This document shows, one piece after another, positions 19,207-27,293 of a stretch of DNA of 64,000 nt (position 1 is its first letter; each line of letters opens with the position of its first letter). The position numbers and the translations under genes were made by a program. Source of the DNA: Candidatus Woesearchaeota archaeon (GTDB lineage: Archaea > Nanobdellota > Nanobdellia > Woesearchaeales > GW2011-AR9); NCBI GenBank assembly GCA_018302605.1, contig JAGVZN010000019.1:29803-93802 (forward strand), given 5' to 3'. The notes below the pieces were generated by a model. The model had not been told where the DNA came from, made no database searches, and was given only the letters and a program-made list of their open reading frames with translations.

Positions 19207-20266
19207 TATATTCCTTCTCCCTTCTCTCATCAAGATAAGCATCGAAATATCCAACAACAACACGGTAATAAAACTCTCCGTTCTCCTGATTAACTTTTTC
19301 CAACATCCCCGATGCTTCCATTTTTTCACCAGGAAAAGCGAGCATACAATAATCCCGGGAATAGAAAACAATCTTGGTGACTGGAACTTTTTCTTTTCCT
19401 TCACGCACTAGGGCATTACTGATCTGGTAACAGCCTGGCCTGACTACCGAACTAAAATTATCAACTACCGTCCCTTCCACAACGGCAGGGCCCAGAGAGG
19501 TGTATTTCTCCTCTCCCCATTTGAACCAGACTTCCTCTTCTTTTTCCGCTGCAAAGATCACAAACAGACTACCCTCAAAATAACCTTCCGTTTTTCGCCT
19601 CTTCATTGAATGCAAGAATTCTTTCTCACCAGAGATTGAGAAGCGATTGCGCTTCTTATGAAACACAAGCCACTCTTCATCTGTCTTCCAATGTAACAAC
19701 GGATGGGTTGCACGTTCGAGATAAGACATCAATTTCCAGAAGTTCTCTTTACCATACACCACAATATTAATATCTGAAATCGCAGGGTTATAATGACCCA
19801 TCAAAGTAGAATACGTTATCCCGAAATCTTTGATCCTCAGACCGCTTTGGAGGAGAAATTGAGAGAAAGAAAATACCCTCAAGAGATACTGGTCCAAAGA
19901 CGCTGGTGGCATAGACATGAGTTCTTTAAAGCCCCTACGCGGGAAATAAATTCGTTCAATCTTGTCGATCGGAATCGAAAAGAAAAGACGGTTCTGATCG
20001 TGAACAGGACTAGTATACACATAATTAGGATACGCTTCGCGAAAACGAGTGATATAGGCTCTCAATTCCTCTTTATCTGCCCACATATTCAGCCGATTCA
20101 TCTTTCGTCCCATGATGAAACGATACGCAAGAGCACTGCTCTCTACAGCTGTGGTAGGAATATATTTTGGCTTAACTAAAATAGAAGAAGAAGGATGTTC
20201 ATTACCATAGACTTGGCATTGCAGACCGTCTTTAGTGGTGATAATTGACGACTCATAAAAATGCAT
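19190..20266 (-). CDS. Pol-beta-superfamily nucleotidyltransferase-like protein (paralog of the C-terminal domain of the 1087-aa fusion)
   Basis: Central motif LMGHYNPAISDINIVVYG (G-x9-S-D-I-N). N-terminal ...IITTKDGLQCQVYGNEHPSS aligns with ...LITTKEGIQCKVYATHHPSG of the fusion. Start set at ATG 20264-20266 (MHFYESS), which has a GGAGGT Shine-Dalgarno 8 nt upstream; the track start at 20335 lacks one. Confidence 0.5.
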   Translation of the reverse strand: MHFYESSIITTKDGLQCQVYGNEHPSSSILVKPKYIPTTAVESSALAYRFIMGRKMNRLNMWADKEELRAYITRFREAYPNYVYTSPVHDQNRLFFSIPIDKIERIYFPRRGFKELMSMPPASLDQYLLRVFSFSQFLLQSGLRIKDFGITYSTLMGHYNPAISDINIVVYGKENFWKLMSYLERATHPLLHWKTDEEWLVFHKKRNRFSISGEKEFLHSMKRRKTEGYFEGSLFVIFAAEKEEEVWFKWGEEKYTSLGPAVVEGTVVDNFSSVVRPGCYQISNALVREGKEKVPVTKIVFYSRDYCMLAFPGEKMEASGMLEKVNQENGEFYYRVVVGYFDAYLDERREKEYIKLIF

Positions 20267-20291
20267 TTCTTCAAACCTCCGGTTACAACAT

Positions 20292-23200
20292 TCAATCGAG
20301 CAATGCTTTAAGGTATTCTTTTTCTCCTTGTTCATTGGTATACGTATTCATATAACCAATAACTAATTGATGAAACTCACGTCCTTTTGGTGTCGTCACT
20401 TTTTCCAGCAAGCCGCAGGCTTCTACTCTCTCCCCCTCTTTTGCTTGTAAAGCAAAAGGCCGCGACCAAAATACAATGCGTTCTATCGGGACCTCCTGAT
20501 AACCGTCCATAATTCTAGAGTTGGTAATTCCATAATAGCCCGGTCTGAGGTGAGAATAATTATAATCTCTCACGACACCCTGCACAGTGACTGTAGCCAA
20601 AGGCTCGTGCTTATCTTCCCAACCATACCAACCGGCAGTTCCCATCTCAACAACAAAGATTGAGAAGACATTCCCATCAAAAAAGCCGTCATCACGCTTT
20701 CGCACCATGTTATGAACGTATTCTTCTTCCGTAAACACTTTTGATACGACTCGATCTTTATAATAGCGAGCCCAATCCTCTCTCGACTTCCATTTTAAGA
20801 GAGGGTGCTGTACCATTTCCATATGTCTCAAGACCCGCCAGCCATTTTCGACACCAAAGATCAGAATATCGATGTCTGACTTTCCTGGAGTATAATTCCC
20901 CAACAACGTAGAATGGCTTATTCCCAGATCACTGACAGAAACCCCACTCTGTAAAATAAGATTAATGATCCCTCGTGTCGCTTTTAGGTAGGGATCTAAG
21001 TCTGCATCCGGAACTTTCATTAATTGCCGTAAACCAGCGCGCGGGTCATGAGTTGTTGCAATATCTGATTCAGGCACGGCAAAGAACCATTGCTGGTGAT
21101 GGGGGCAAGAATAGATTAATTGAGGAAAATTCCGTTCTACGATTGCCAGATTTTCTTTAACACTGTCTTTATCATTAAAGAGATTGAAACGAAATACACT
21201 TTTCTGAAAGAGAAAGCGTTTTTTTAGTTTCCTAAACGAATCTCCTCCCTGGAGTAAATCCTCAGGGATATATTTTGGTTTGATAATGACCCGTCCAGAT
21301 GGGTGGTGAGTAGCGTAGACTTTACATTGAATGCCTTCTTTAGTAGTAATTAACGATGATTCGGGATGGCGGGGGTAATGAACATCAATCGCTTTCCTCG
21401 GTTGAACAATCTCCATCTGTGCAGAAAGGTTATAGTTACTTTCCAATTCTTTCACTCTCTCATTAAAAATTGTGAGACACGATTGATGATAATCTGTTCT
21501 ACCAGCAGTAAGATTATCGACAAAACTGCGGACTTTCAGTAACTTTCCCTGAAGACGTATTTTTCTCTCTTGTTCCGGAAGTCCTAGCACATATTCCAGA
21601 TCCATCAAATCAGAAAATCGATCAAGAATCTCTGTGTTTACCACTTCACGCGGCGCGCCAATCAGGCGGGAGATATGTTCCCGATAGCGGGGGGGGAGGA
21701 GGGTGGGATGTGGATCACGGGAAATGGTCTTATCCTCCGTCAAGAGAGAAAGATTTTGGATAACCGTCGGATAACGCTGCAGAAAATGCTGTTGTGATAA
21801 ACTCTGAACATCAATCGAAGTATCTTCAATAACATCGTGTAACGCGGCAGTCAGGAGAGCTGAAACTTCCCTTTCACCGCAGGTGTAAAGCAATCTGACA
21901 AGATAGATCGAGTGAAAAACTAAAGGAGTGATACCATCATTCCTTTTCTGATTGCCAAATGCCGTTACGAGAAAATGAAAAACGTCTTTAAAGAAATCTT
22001 GCTGTTCACCAAAAGAATGCGCAACCTCATCCGCAGCTCGACTAACATCTTTCTGAAACAGTTCTTTAACCCGAACATAATCTGTACGTACCTCTTTTAA
22101 GATAGAATCTGATCCTAAAGCAATACGTGATTTTTCATCTAAGACCCGTGGAGGGATACTCGAAATCTCCTCTTCTCCAAAGCAATTGATCGGCTCAACA
22201 ACAATATCTTCAGGAACGGCAACATTCAAAGCAGTTAATATTGTTGGTGCGACCTGACGAATATCCACATCATTCATTAGTCCTCGTTTCTTAATTTCGG
22301 GTCCGTTAATGATAAAGAGGCCTTGCCGCGAATGCCCGGCGCTGTCCGCACCAATGGCTGTATGCCAGGAGTACAGACCTTCCTGCCCCAGATCAGGATT
22401 AGATGCCCAGCGTAGATCATCAAAATAGATCGTCAGATCGGGACATTCAGGATGAGAGGCATTCTGATAAATATCCTCGGCAGAGTAGACTTTGGTGTTA
22501 AGAGGATTGCCCTTATCATCGGGTATCTTTCGTATCTTCTCTGCAATTTCATCACGGATGTTTCTCCATTTATCTCCTGCTTTCTCTTTATTGATCTGGA
22601 TTCTCCCGTTATATGCCCCGCCTCCCCACGCTAAACTTCGTTCGCGATCAACAAGTTCCATCTTAAAACGCGTGCTCTTGCTAAGATCAACACTTTCTTT
22701 CAAGACGAGGTAGCCTTCTTTAATGAGCCAGTTGTTAATGTTGATCTTGCCTTCCTGTTTGATCATCCCATGATCTGATGCAACGATAACGGTGGTATCC
22801 TGCGGTAGAAGCTGTAGTACTTCCCCCAGTTTCTGATCAATATAAATGTAAAAATCTCTAATTGCATTTGCATGAGGAGAATTCACGATAAACCGACGAT
22901 GGCCTTCATCAAAATGGCGCCAGAGCATATGCTGCAGCCGGTCTGTTCCTAACATCACGGCCATACAGAAATTCCATTGTTTATGGGTGATCAAGTCTTT
23001 GAGGAGCGAGACCTGCATATCAGTCATCTCCATTGCTTTTTTGACAAGCTCTGCCGGATCAAGACTCTTATGGCCGCCGAGACCAACGGCAACATCAAAG
23101 AACCCCTCGGGATTGCCTAGTGCTTTGATCTTCTCTTTCAAATGTTCTGGATACGCACAGTTGCTTTCAATTCCTGGGGTCATGAAATCAGTGACGATAC

Positions 23201-23555
23201 AGCCGGGAAATGTCGTGACGGGATAGGAAAGGGGCACATAGAGGGCGATGCTCTTCTGATGTTCTTCTCCAATGATGTCCCAGATCAATCTTGCGTTATT
23301 GTTTTTGGAACTTACCAAACGGTAATCGCCTTGTTCGTCTTTGTAAGTATAATTAAATACCCCGATCTCGCTGGGATCTTTTCCCGAGATCATCGCATTC
23401 CAAGCAACAATCGTTGAAGGGGGGATGGTACTGTTCATCCGGGCATATGTCCCATTCTGCATCAGTTTCTTGATATTTGGCAGGAGATCATTCCAGCGTT
23501 CGAATACTAATTCGGGAACGCCGCCATCAATTCCAAATAAGAAGACTTTTCCCAT
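20292..23555 (-). CDS. three-domain fusion: alkaline-phosphatase-family phosphodiesterase/nucleotide pyrophosphatase + SpoT-type HD hydrolase domain + Pol-beta NTase-like domain
   Basis: N-terminal domain: VFLFGIDGG...STIPPSTIVAWNAMISG...VASDHGM (AP superfamily GxDG, T-P-x-S/T nucleophile, DHG). Middle: ITPLVFHSIYLV...LLTAALHDVIEDT (RelA/SpoT HD signature, near nt 21815-21860). C-terminal: LLGNYTPGKSDIDILIFG (near nt 20862-20890) plus sequence paralogous to the 19190-20266 protein. Confidence 0.7.
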   Translation of the reverse strand: MGKVFLFGIDGGVPELVFERWNDLLPNIKKLMQNGTYARMNSTIPPSTIVAWNAMISGKDPSEIGVFNYTYKDEQGDYRLVSSKNNNARLIWDIIGEEHQKSIALYVPLSYPVTTFPGCIVTDFMTPGIESNCAYPEHLKEKIKALGNPEGFFDVAVGLGGHKSLDPAELVKKAMEMTDMQVSLLKDLITHKQWNFCMAVMLGTDRLQHMLWRHFDEGHRRFIVNSPHANAIRDFYIYIDQKLGEVLQLLPQDTTVIVASDHGMIKQEGKININNWLIKEGYLVLKESVDLSKSTRFKMELVDRERSLAWGGGAYNGRIQINKEKAGDKWRNIRDEIAEKIRKIPDDKGNPLNTKVYSAEDIYQNASHPECPDLTIYFDDLRWASNPDLGQEGLYSWHTAIGADSAGHSRQGLFIINGPEIKKRGLMNDVDIRQVAPTILTALNVAVPEDIVVEPINCFGEEEISSIPPRVLDEKSRIALGSDSILKEVRTDYVRVKELFQKDVSRAADEVAHSFGEQQDFFKDVFHFLVTAFGNQKRNDGITPLVFHSIYLVRLLYTCGEREVSALLTAALHDVIEDTSIDVQSLSQQHFLQRYPTVIQNLSLLTEDKTISRDPHPTLLPPRYREHISRLIGAPREVVNTEILDRFSDLMDLEYVLGLPEQERKIRLQGKLLKVRSFVDNLTAGRTDYHQSCLTIFNERVKELESNYNLSAQMEIVQPRKAIDVHYPRHPESSLITTKEGIQCKVYATHHPSGRVIIKPKYIPEDLLQGGDSFRKLKKRFLFQKSVFRFNLFNDKDSVKENLAIVERNFPQLIYSCPHHQQWFFAVPESDIATTHDPRAGLRQLMKVPDADLDPYLKATRGIINLILQSGVSVSDLGISHSTLLGNYTPGKSDIDILIFGVENGWRVLRHMEMVQHPLLKWKSREDWARYYKDRVVSKVFTEEEYVHNMVRKRDDGFFDGNVFSIFVVEMGTAGWYGWEDKHEPLATVTVQGVVRDYNYSHLRPGYYGITNSRIMDGYQEVPIERIVFWSRPFALQAKEGERVEACGLLEKVTTPKGREFHQLVIGYMNTYTNEQGEKEYLKALLD

Positions 23556-23702
23556 TATTGATTTACACCCATAGTATCTGTATGGTAGATAATGCCTTTT
23601 AAAGATTGTGAAATGAGAACAAACAAGATGGCAACTCCAGCGGAGAGTATATTATACCAAAAATCCATAGATTTCGAACAAAAATCTTTGGATTCTGGTA
23701 TA

Positions 23703-23740
23703 TACCAAAAAAATTAGGTTCGAAACCTAATTATTTTTTG
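23703..23740 (-). terminator. bidirectional hairpin terminator
   Basis: Perfect palindrome aattaggtt-cga-aacctaatt (23712-23732) flanked by T7 on the minus strand (revcomp of 23703-23711) and T6 on the plus strand (23734-23739); directly downstream of the 23756-24115 minus-strand gene. Confidence 0.55.
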
Positions 23741-23755
23741 GGATACGACAGATCA

Positions 23756-24115
23756 TTAACCCAAATAACCTAATTCTTCCAGACGTTTCTTAACATCTTC
23801 CTCGTCAGCCTCGCTATAGGCTCGGGAGGATTTTGTGTTAATATTTATAGAGGAAGAACTATTCCCAGCTCTTTCAAAAGCGAGTCTTTCCAGATACTCA
23901 TTTAAAATTCGTTCGACACATTGATCAACCGTAAGTCCCGCCGCCTGCGCAACGGCTCCCACCTTCTGTCGGACTTCATCTGAAAGTAGAATTACCCGTT
24001 CAGAAGAGTGAATTACCTGACAGAGAAGGAAAAGCTGGCGAACTAGCTCATCAGAAGATAATTTCCTCTCTACAGCCATCGTCTTTAACTGTTCAACAAA
24101 TGCATGTTCATCCAT
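23756..24115 (-). CDS. small RHH-like (CopG/Arc-type) protein with acidic C-terminal tail ending ...RLEELGYLG
   Basis: 119 aa. RVILLSDEVRQKVGAVAQAAGLTVDQCVERILNEYL fits the ribbon-helix-helix pattern. The last ~12 residues share a motif with the C-terminus of the adjacent 24127-25668 protein. Confidence 0.45.
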   Translation of the reverse strand: MDEHAFVEQLKTMAVERKLSSDELVRQLFLLCQVIHSSERVILLSDEVRQKVGAVAQAAGLTVDQCVERILNEYLERLAFERAGNSSSSININTKSSRAYSEADEEDVKKRLEELGYLG

Positions 24116-24126
24116 ATTTCGTTCAC

Positions 24127-25668
24127 CTACCCCAAATAACCTAAATCTTCCAGACGCTGGATCACTTCCTGTTCACCTTTCTTTTCATCAAAATCACTCT
24201 TTTCCACTTGTTTTTCCGTCTGGTTTTTCTCCTCAAAAAAGCGTAAGATTATCTCATGAATGTCCATCAAAGAGTACTCCTCTTTTCCCAACGATTTCTG
24301 AGAAGAGATCAAGATTCCGTCGCTGTGATGGTCACCCGATTTAATCTTCCCTTCAGTTACTTTGTTAAAGAGTTGTGGGCAACGTACTGCGGTAATTGGC
24401 CAATGATGAAATGACCGATCAAACACCACTAGATCTGGAGCATCTTCAATGAAAGGCCCGTGAAAAAGCTCCTCTTTCTTTCTGATCACGAGTTCCCCAC
24501 CCGGGATCTTAATTTTCCGAAGAGACTCAATGACCTCTTCCCTGACATGATGATACTCCTCTTTTGTAACAGAACCTTGTTCTTCGCTATCATCATTAAT
24601 GTAAATGAACCCTTGATCAATCGCCGAGAACGCTTTTGTTTTCTTAAAATCAATCATTCCTTGACGAATCGCAGTATACCAACTTATTCCGTTGGCATCA
24701 GGGATAAGATCGCCAAGACCACTGCCTCTAAACCGAGAATAAACCAGTTTTTTGAGATGAAGAGTAGATAGAATTTTCTCCACTGACGTCTTATTGATTC
24801 CAAAGAAAGATAAGACTTTCTGTGGGCCTTTGCTGCGACCATGAACTGCTAAAAAACCTTGATCTTCCAACCACTTGTTTAACGCAAACGTACCGTGTAG
24901 GCTGGTAAACCCATGATCGCTGACAATCATTACTTCTACATCTTCCCCGACGACTTTCAAGAAGCTACCAATCAACGAATCGAGATAGGCAAAATAATCA
25001 TAAATCTTCTCCTCATATTTGTTACTAGAATAAAGAGGACTGGAATGATCAATATACTTTATCATGTTGTGAAGAAGAGAATCAGTGTTCGTCTCCACCA
25101 ACATGAACAGGTCTGGTTTTTGCTTAAGATATAACTTTGTCGCAATCGAAAAGCGCAACTCCGAAAGATGAAAGATCCGCCTAAGAAAATCATCATCATT
25201 ATTCCAACTCACACTGAACGCAAAATCTTTTAATTCTAATTCTATCTCTTTCTTAAGCTCGGCTGGATAAAGAAAATCGGATGCGCCCGTGGGGGTAAAT
25301 AACCCTGACATCATGAAACCATTCAACGGTTTAACGGGATACGTCCCGGGGATATTCATGATCCCACACTTCACATCAAGACCCTCCCAAAAAGGAACAA
25401 AATTATGAACCGGGCGGATAGTTTTATCATATCCTTTCTTAGAGAAAAGAGTGAAACAACCCAATTCCCCCGGATTCTTCCCCGAAACTAAACTCAACCA
25501 CGCAGGAATACTGACCGGAGGAGTCACGCTCTTTAACGTAGCGAAAAGACCATGATCGATGACTTTTTTGATCGTTGGGATCTTTTCTTGCGCCAGTAAT
25601 TCTTTAATCAGCCAGGGACTTACCCCATCTAGACCAATAATAACAAGTTTAGGCATTATCTTAACCAA
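24127..25668 (-). CDS. alkaline-phosphatase-superfamily type I phosphodiesterase / nucleotide pyrophosphatase family protein
   Basis: PKLVIIGLDGVSPW ... SVTPPVSIPAWLSLVSG ... MIVSDHGF; C-terminal ...IQRLEDLGYLG. Confidence 0.75.
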   Translation of the reverse strand: MVKIMPKLVIIGLDGVSPWLIKELLAQEKIPTIKKVIDHGLFATLKSVTPPVSIPAWLSLVSGKNPGELGCFTLFSKKGYDKTIRPVHNFVPFWEGLDVKCGIMNIPGTYPVKPLNGFMMSGLFTPTGASDFLYPAELKKEIELELKDFAFSVSWNNDDDFLRRIFHLSELRFSIATKLYLKQKPDLFMLVETNTDSLLHNMIKYIDHSSPLYSSNKYEEKIYDYFAYLDSLIGSFLKVVGEDVEVMIVSDHGFTSLHGTFALNKWLEDQGFLAVHGRSKGPQKVLSFFGINKTSVEKILSTLHLKKLVYSRFRGSGLGDLIPDANGISWYTAIRQGMIDFKKTKAFSAIDQGFIYINDDSEEQGSVTKEEYHHVREEVIESLRKIKIPGGELVIRKKEELFHGPFIEDAPDLVVFDRSFHHWPITAVRCPQLFNKVTEGKIKSGDHHSDGILISSQKSLGKEEYSLMDIHEIILRFFEEKNQTEKQVEKSDFDEKKGEQEVIQRLEDLGYLG

Positions 25669-25789
25669 AAAACGACTTCTTATAAAGGTTGTTAAAATAG
25701 ATTCATTTTAGATCACAGAACATTTTATCACAGAAAAATATGTACATTGTTTCAGAAGATATTTAAAAAGAGGTCATTATTCTGCAGGG

Positions 25790-27232
25790 ATGGCTTTAGG
25801 CACAAAACAAAGCAAGAATGAGACTCTCCAAAAGAAGAAAATAATCTATATCGGCGGTGATTCTGGAGGGAATGAACTTATGTTCAGAATCTCCCAAGAA
25901 GTCGAACAAAGACACAATACTACTTCTTTCTATATCTCCACGTCAAAGATTGGTTCAGCTAACTTTAAAGAACTAGGGGTCAAAAAAGAACAGCTCTATG
26001 AGATTGACCACCTTAATTTTAAGCTAACCAAAAACCCTGACAAGAACTATCTACATCATGCCGAAGTGAAATACGACTTTCGGATTTGGGATATCTGGCA
26101 AGTTGCCGCCAAAAGAAAGAAGAGCCGCCTAAAGTTAAGCGAGGATAGCATTCTTTCACTGATGGAAAGTATTTGTAAAAAAGCGGAATGGATCGCGCAA
26201 CACGTTAAACCAGACTATGCTATCCTTTGCTGTGTTGCTGGCTTCCACTTAGTAATGATGATCAGGATTTTTGAAAAGTACGGAATTGAAGTCCTCGACT
26301 TCTCCAACCCACGATTACCAGAACGATTTTGTTTTGCGAATGAGCTCGCGAGCAATTTTCCTCTTCTCAATAGGATATATAGTGAAAGAAAACAGAAAGG
26401 TCTTACCCCTTCCGAGATTAAAGAAAGCAAAGAGATCATTCAAAGATTCAAAGAAGAACATTTTAAGCCATCCGACTCCACAAGAGTGAAAGAATCGTGG
26501 CCACAAGTTGTACGAAAATATCAACGCTATCTCAAGATTATCTACCAAAGAAAAAAGATCCCAAACTTTGTCAATAACCTATATTATCCTATAAAAGAAA
26601 AAGTGATGCGCAGGTTTATGTCTAGATTTGAGAAGCCGGTTACAGGTGAAAAATATGTTCTCTTTTTTTTGCATGTGCAACCAGAAGCTTCAACGTCCAT
26701 TATGGGAAAGTGGTATGAGAACCAGCTGAATCTTATTGAAAATATTGTCCGCAGCTTGCCATGCGATTATAAGCTCTATGTTAAAGAACATGTCTGGAAC
26801 TTCTCTACAAGGCCTCGTGATTATCATCATGAGATCAAAAAATTTCCCAGCGTAAGACTGATCACTCCATTTTCTTCGTCATATGATCTTATCGCCAATA
26901 GTTCAGCGATCGTCACAATTACCGGAACCGTCGGCTGGGAAGGGATACTACTCCAGAAACCAGTGATAACTTTCGGAAACGTCTTTTATAATGTCTTTGA
27001 TCAAGTACAAAAAGTAGAAAAGATTGAAGAATTACCTGCGATCATAAAAAGAAGAATTGACACCGTTGTTGATCTTGACCAAACATTGACGTTTGTCAGT
27101 TCTGTTCTTGCTTCTTCGTTTCCCGGCTTGGGGATGATCCCTGCCGACTGCCAGAATAGATCGCTTGAGCCAAAAAATATCAAGCTCCTTGTCGACGGCC
27201 TTGAAAAACACGTAGCATATCTTCGGCTTTAG
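25790..27232 (+). CDS. putative capsule-polysaccharide-biosynthesis-like glycosyltransferase (KpsC/KpsS-like fold?)
   Basis: 480 aa soluble protein. C-terminal half LFFLHVQPEASTS...LYVKEHVWN...ITGTVGWEG...KPVITFGNVFYN is reminiscent of Capsule_synth-type transferases. Weak call. Confidence 0.35.
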   Translation: MALGTKQSKNETLQKKKIIYIGGDSGGNELMFRISQEVEQRHNTTSFYISTSKIGSANFKELGVKKEQLYEIDHLNFKLTKNPDKNYLHHAEVKYDFRIWDIWQVAAKRKKSRLKLSEDSILSLMESICKKAEWIAQHVKPDYAILCCVAGFHLVMMIRIFEKYGIEVLDFSNPRLPERFCFANELASNFPLLNRIYSERKQKGLTPSEIKESKEIIQRFKEEHFKPSDSTRVKESWPQVVRKYQRYLKIIYQRKKIPNFVNNLYYPIKEKVMRRFMSRFEKPVTGEKYVLFFLHVQPEASTSIMGKWYENQLNLIENIVRSLPCDYKLYVKEHVWNFSTRPRDYHHEIKKFPSVRLITPFSSSYDLIANSSAIVTITGTVGWEGILLQKPVITFGNVFYNVFDQVQKVEKIEELPAIIKRRIDTVVDLDQTLTFVSSVLASSFPGLGMIPADCQNRSLEPKNIKLLVDGLEKHVAYLRL

Positions 27233-27293
27233 ATGTATTTAGATTTAATAGGAAGCAATAGTCATAGAACCATTTATTAGAAATACAAAAAAC

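Noticed and set aside
19190-20266. Assignment of the NTase-like family to a named family (TiaS, CCA-adding enzyme, CD-NTase/cGAS-like, RelA/SpoT synthetase)
   Set aside because: Only the generic G-x9-SDID motif is visible; none of the family-specific flanking motifs I can recall are present, so the call is left generic.
20267-20335. Track start (20335) for the NTase-like gene giving a 44-nt overlap with the upstream fusion gene
   Set aside because: No RBS precedes 20335, whereas ATG 20266 has a GGAGGT Shine-Dalgarno at ideal spacing and matches the paralog-alignment boundary.
23756-25668. Idea that the C-terminal LGYLG motif is a protein-sorting signal (archaeosortase/exosortase-type)
   Set aside because: Known sorting signals (PGF-CTERM, PEP-CTERM) include a hydrophobic TM helix plus basic tail, which is absent here. 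The tail is acidic and soluble, so kept only as an unexplained shared motif.
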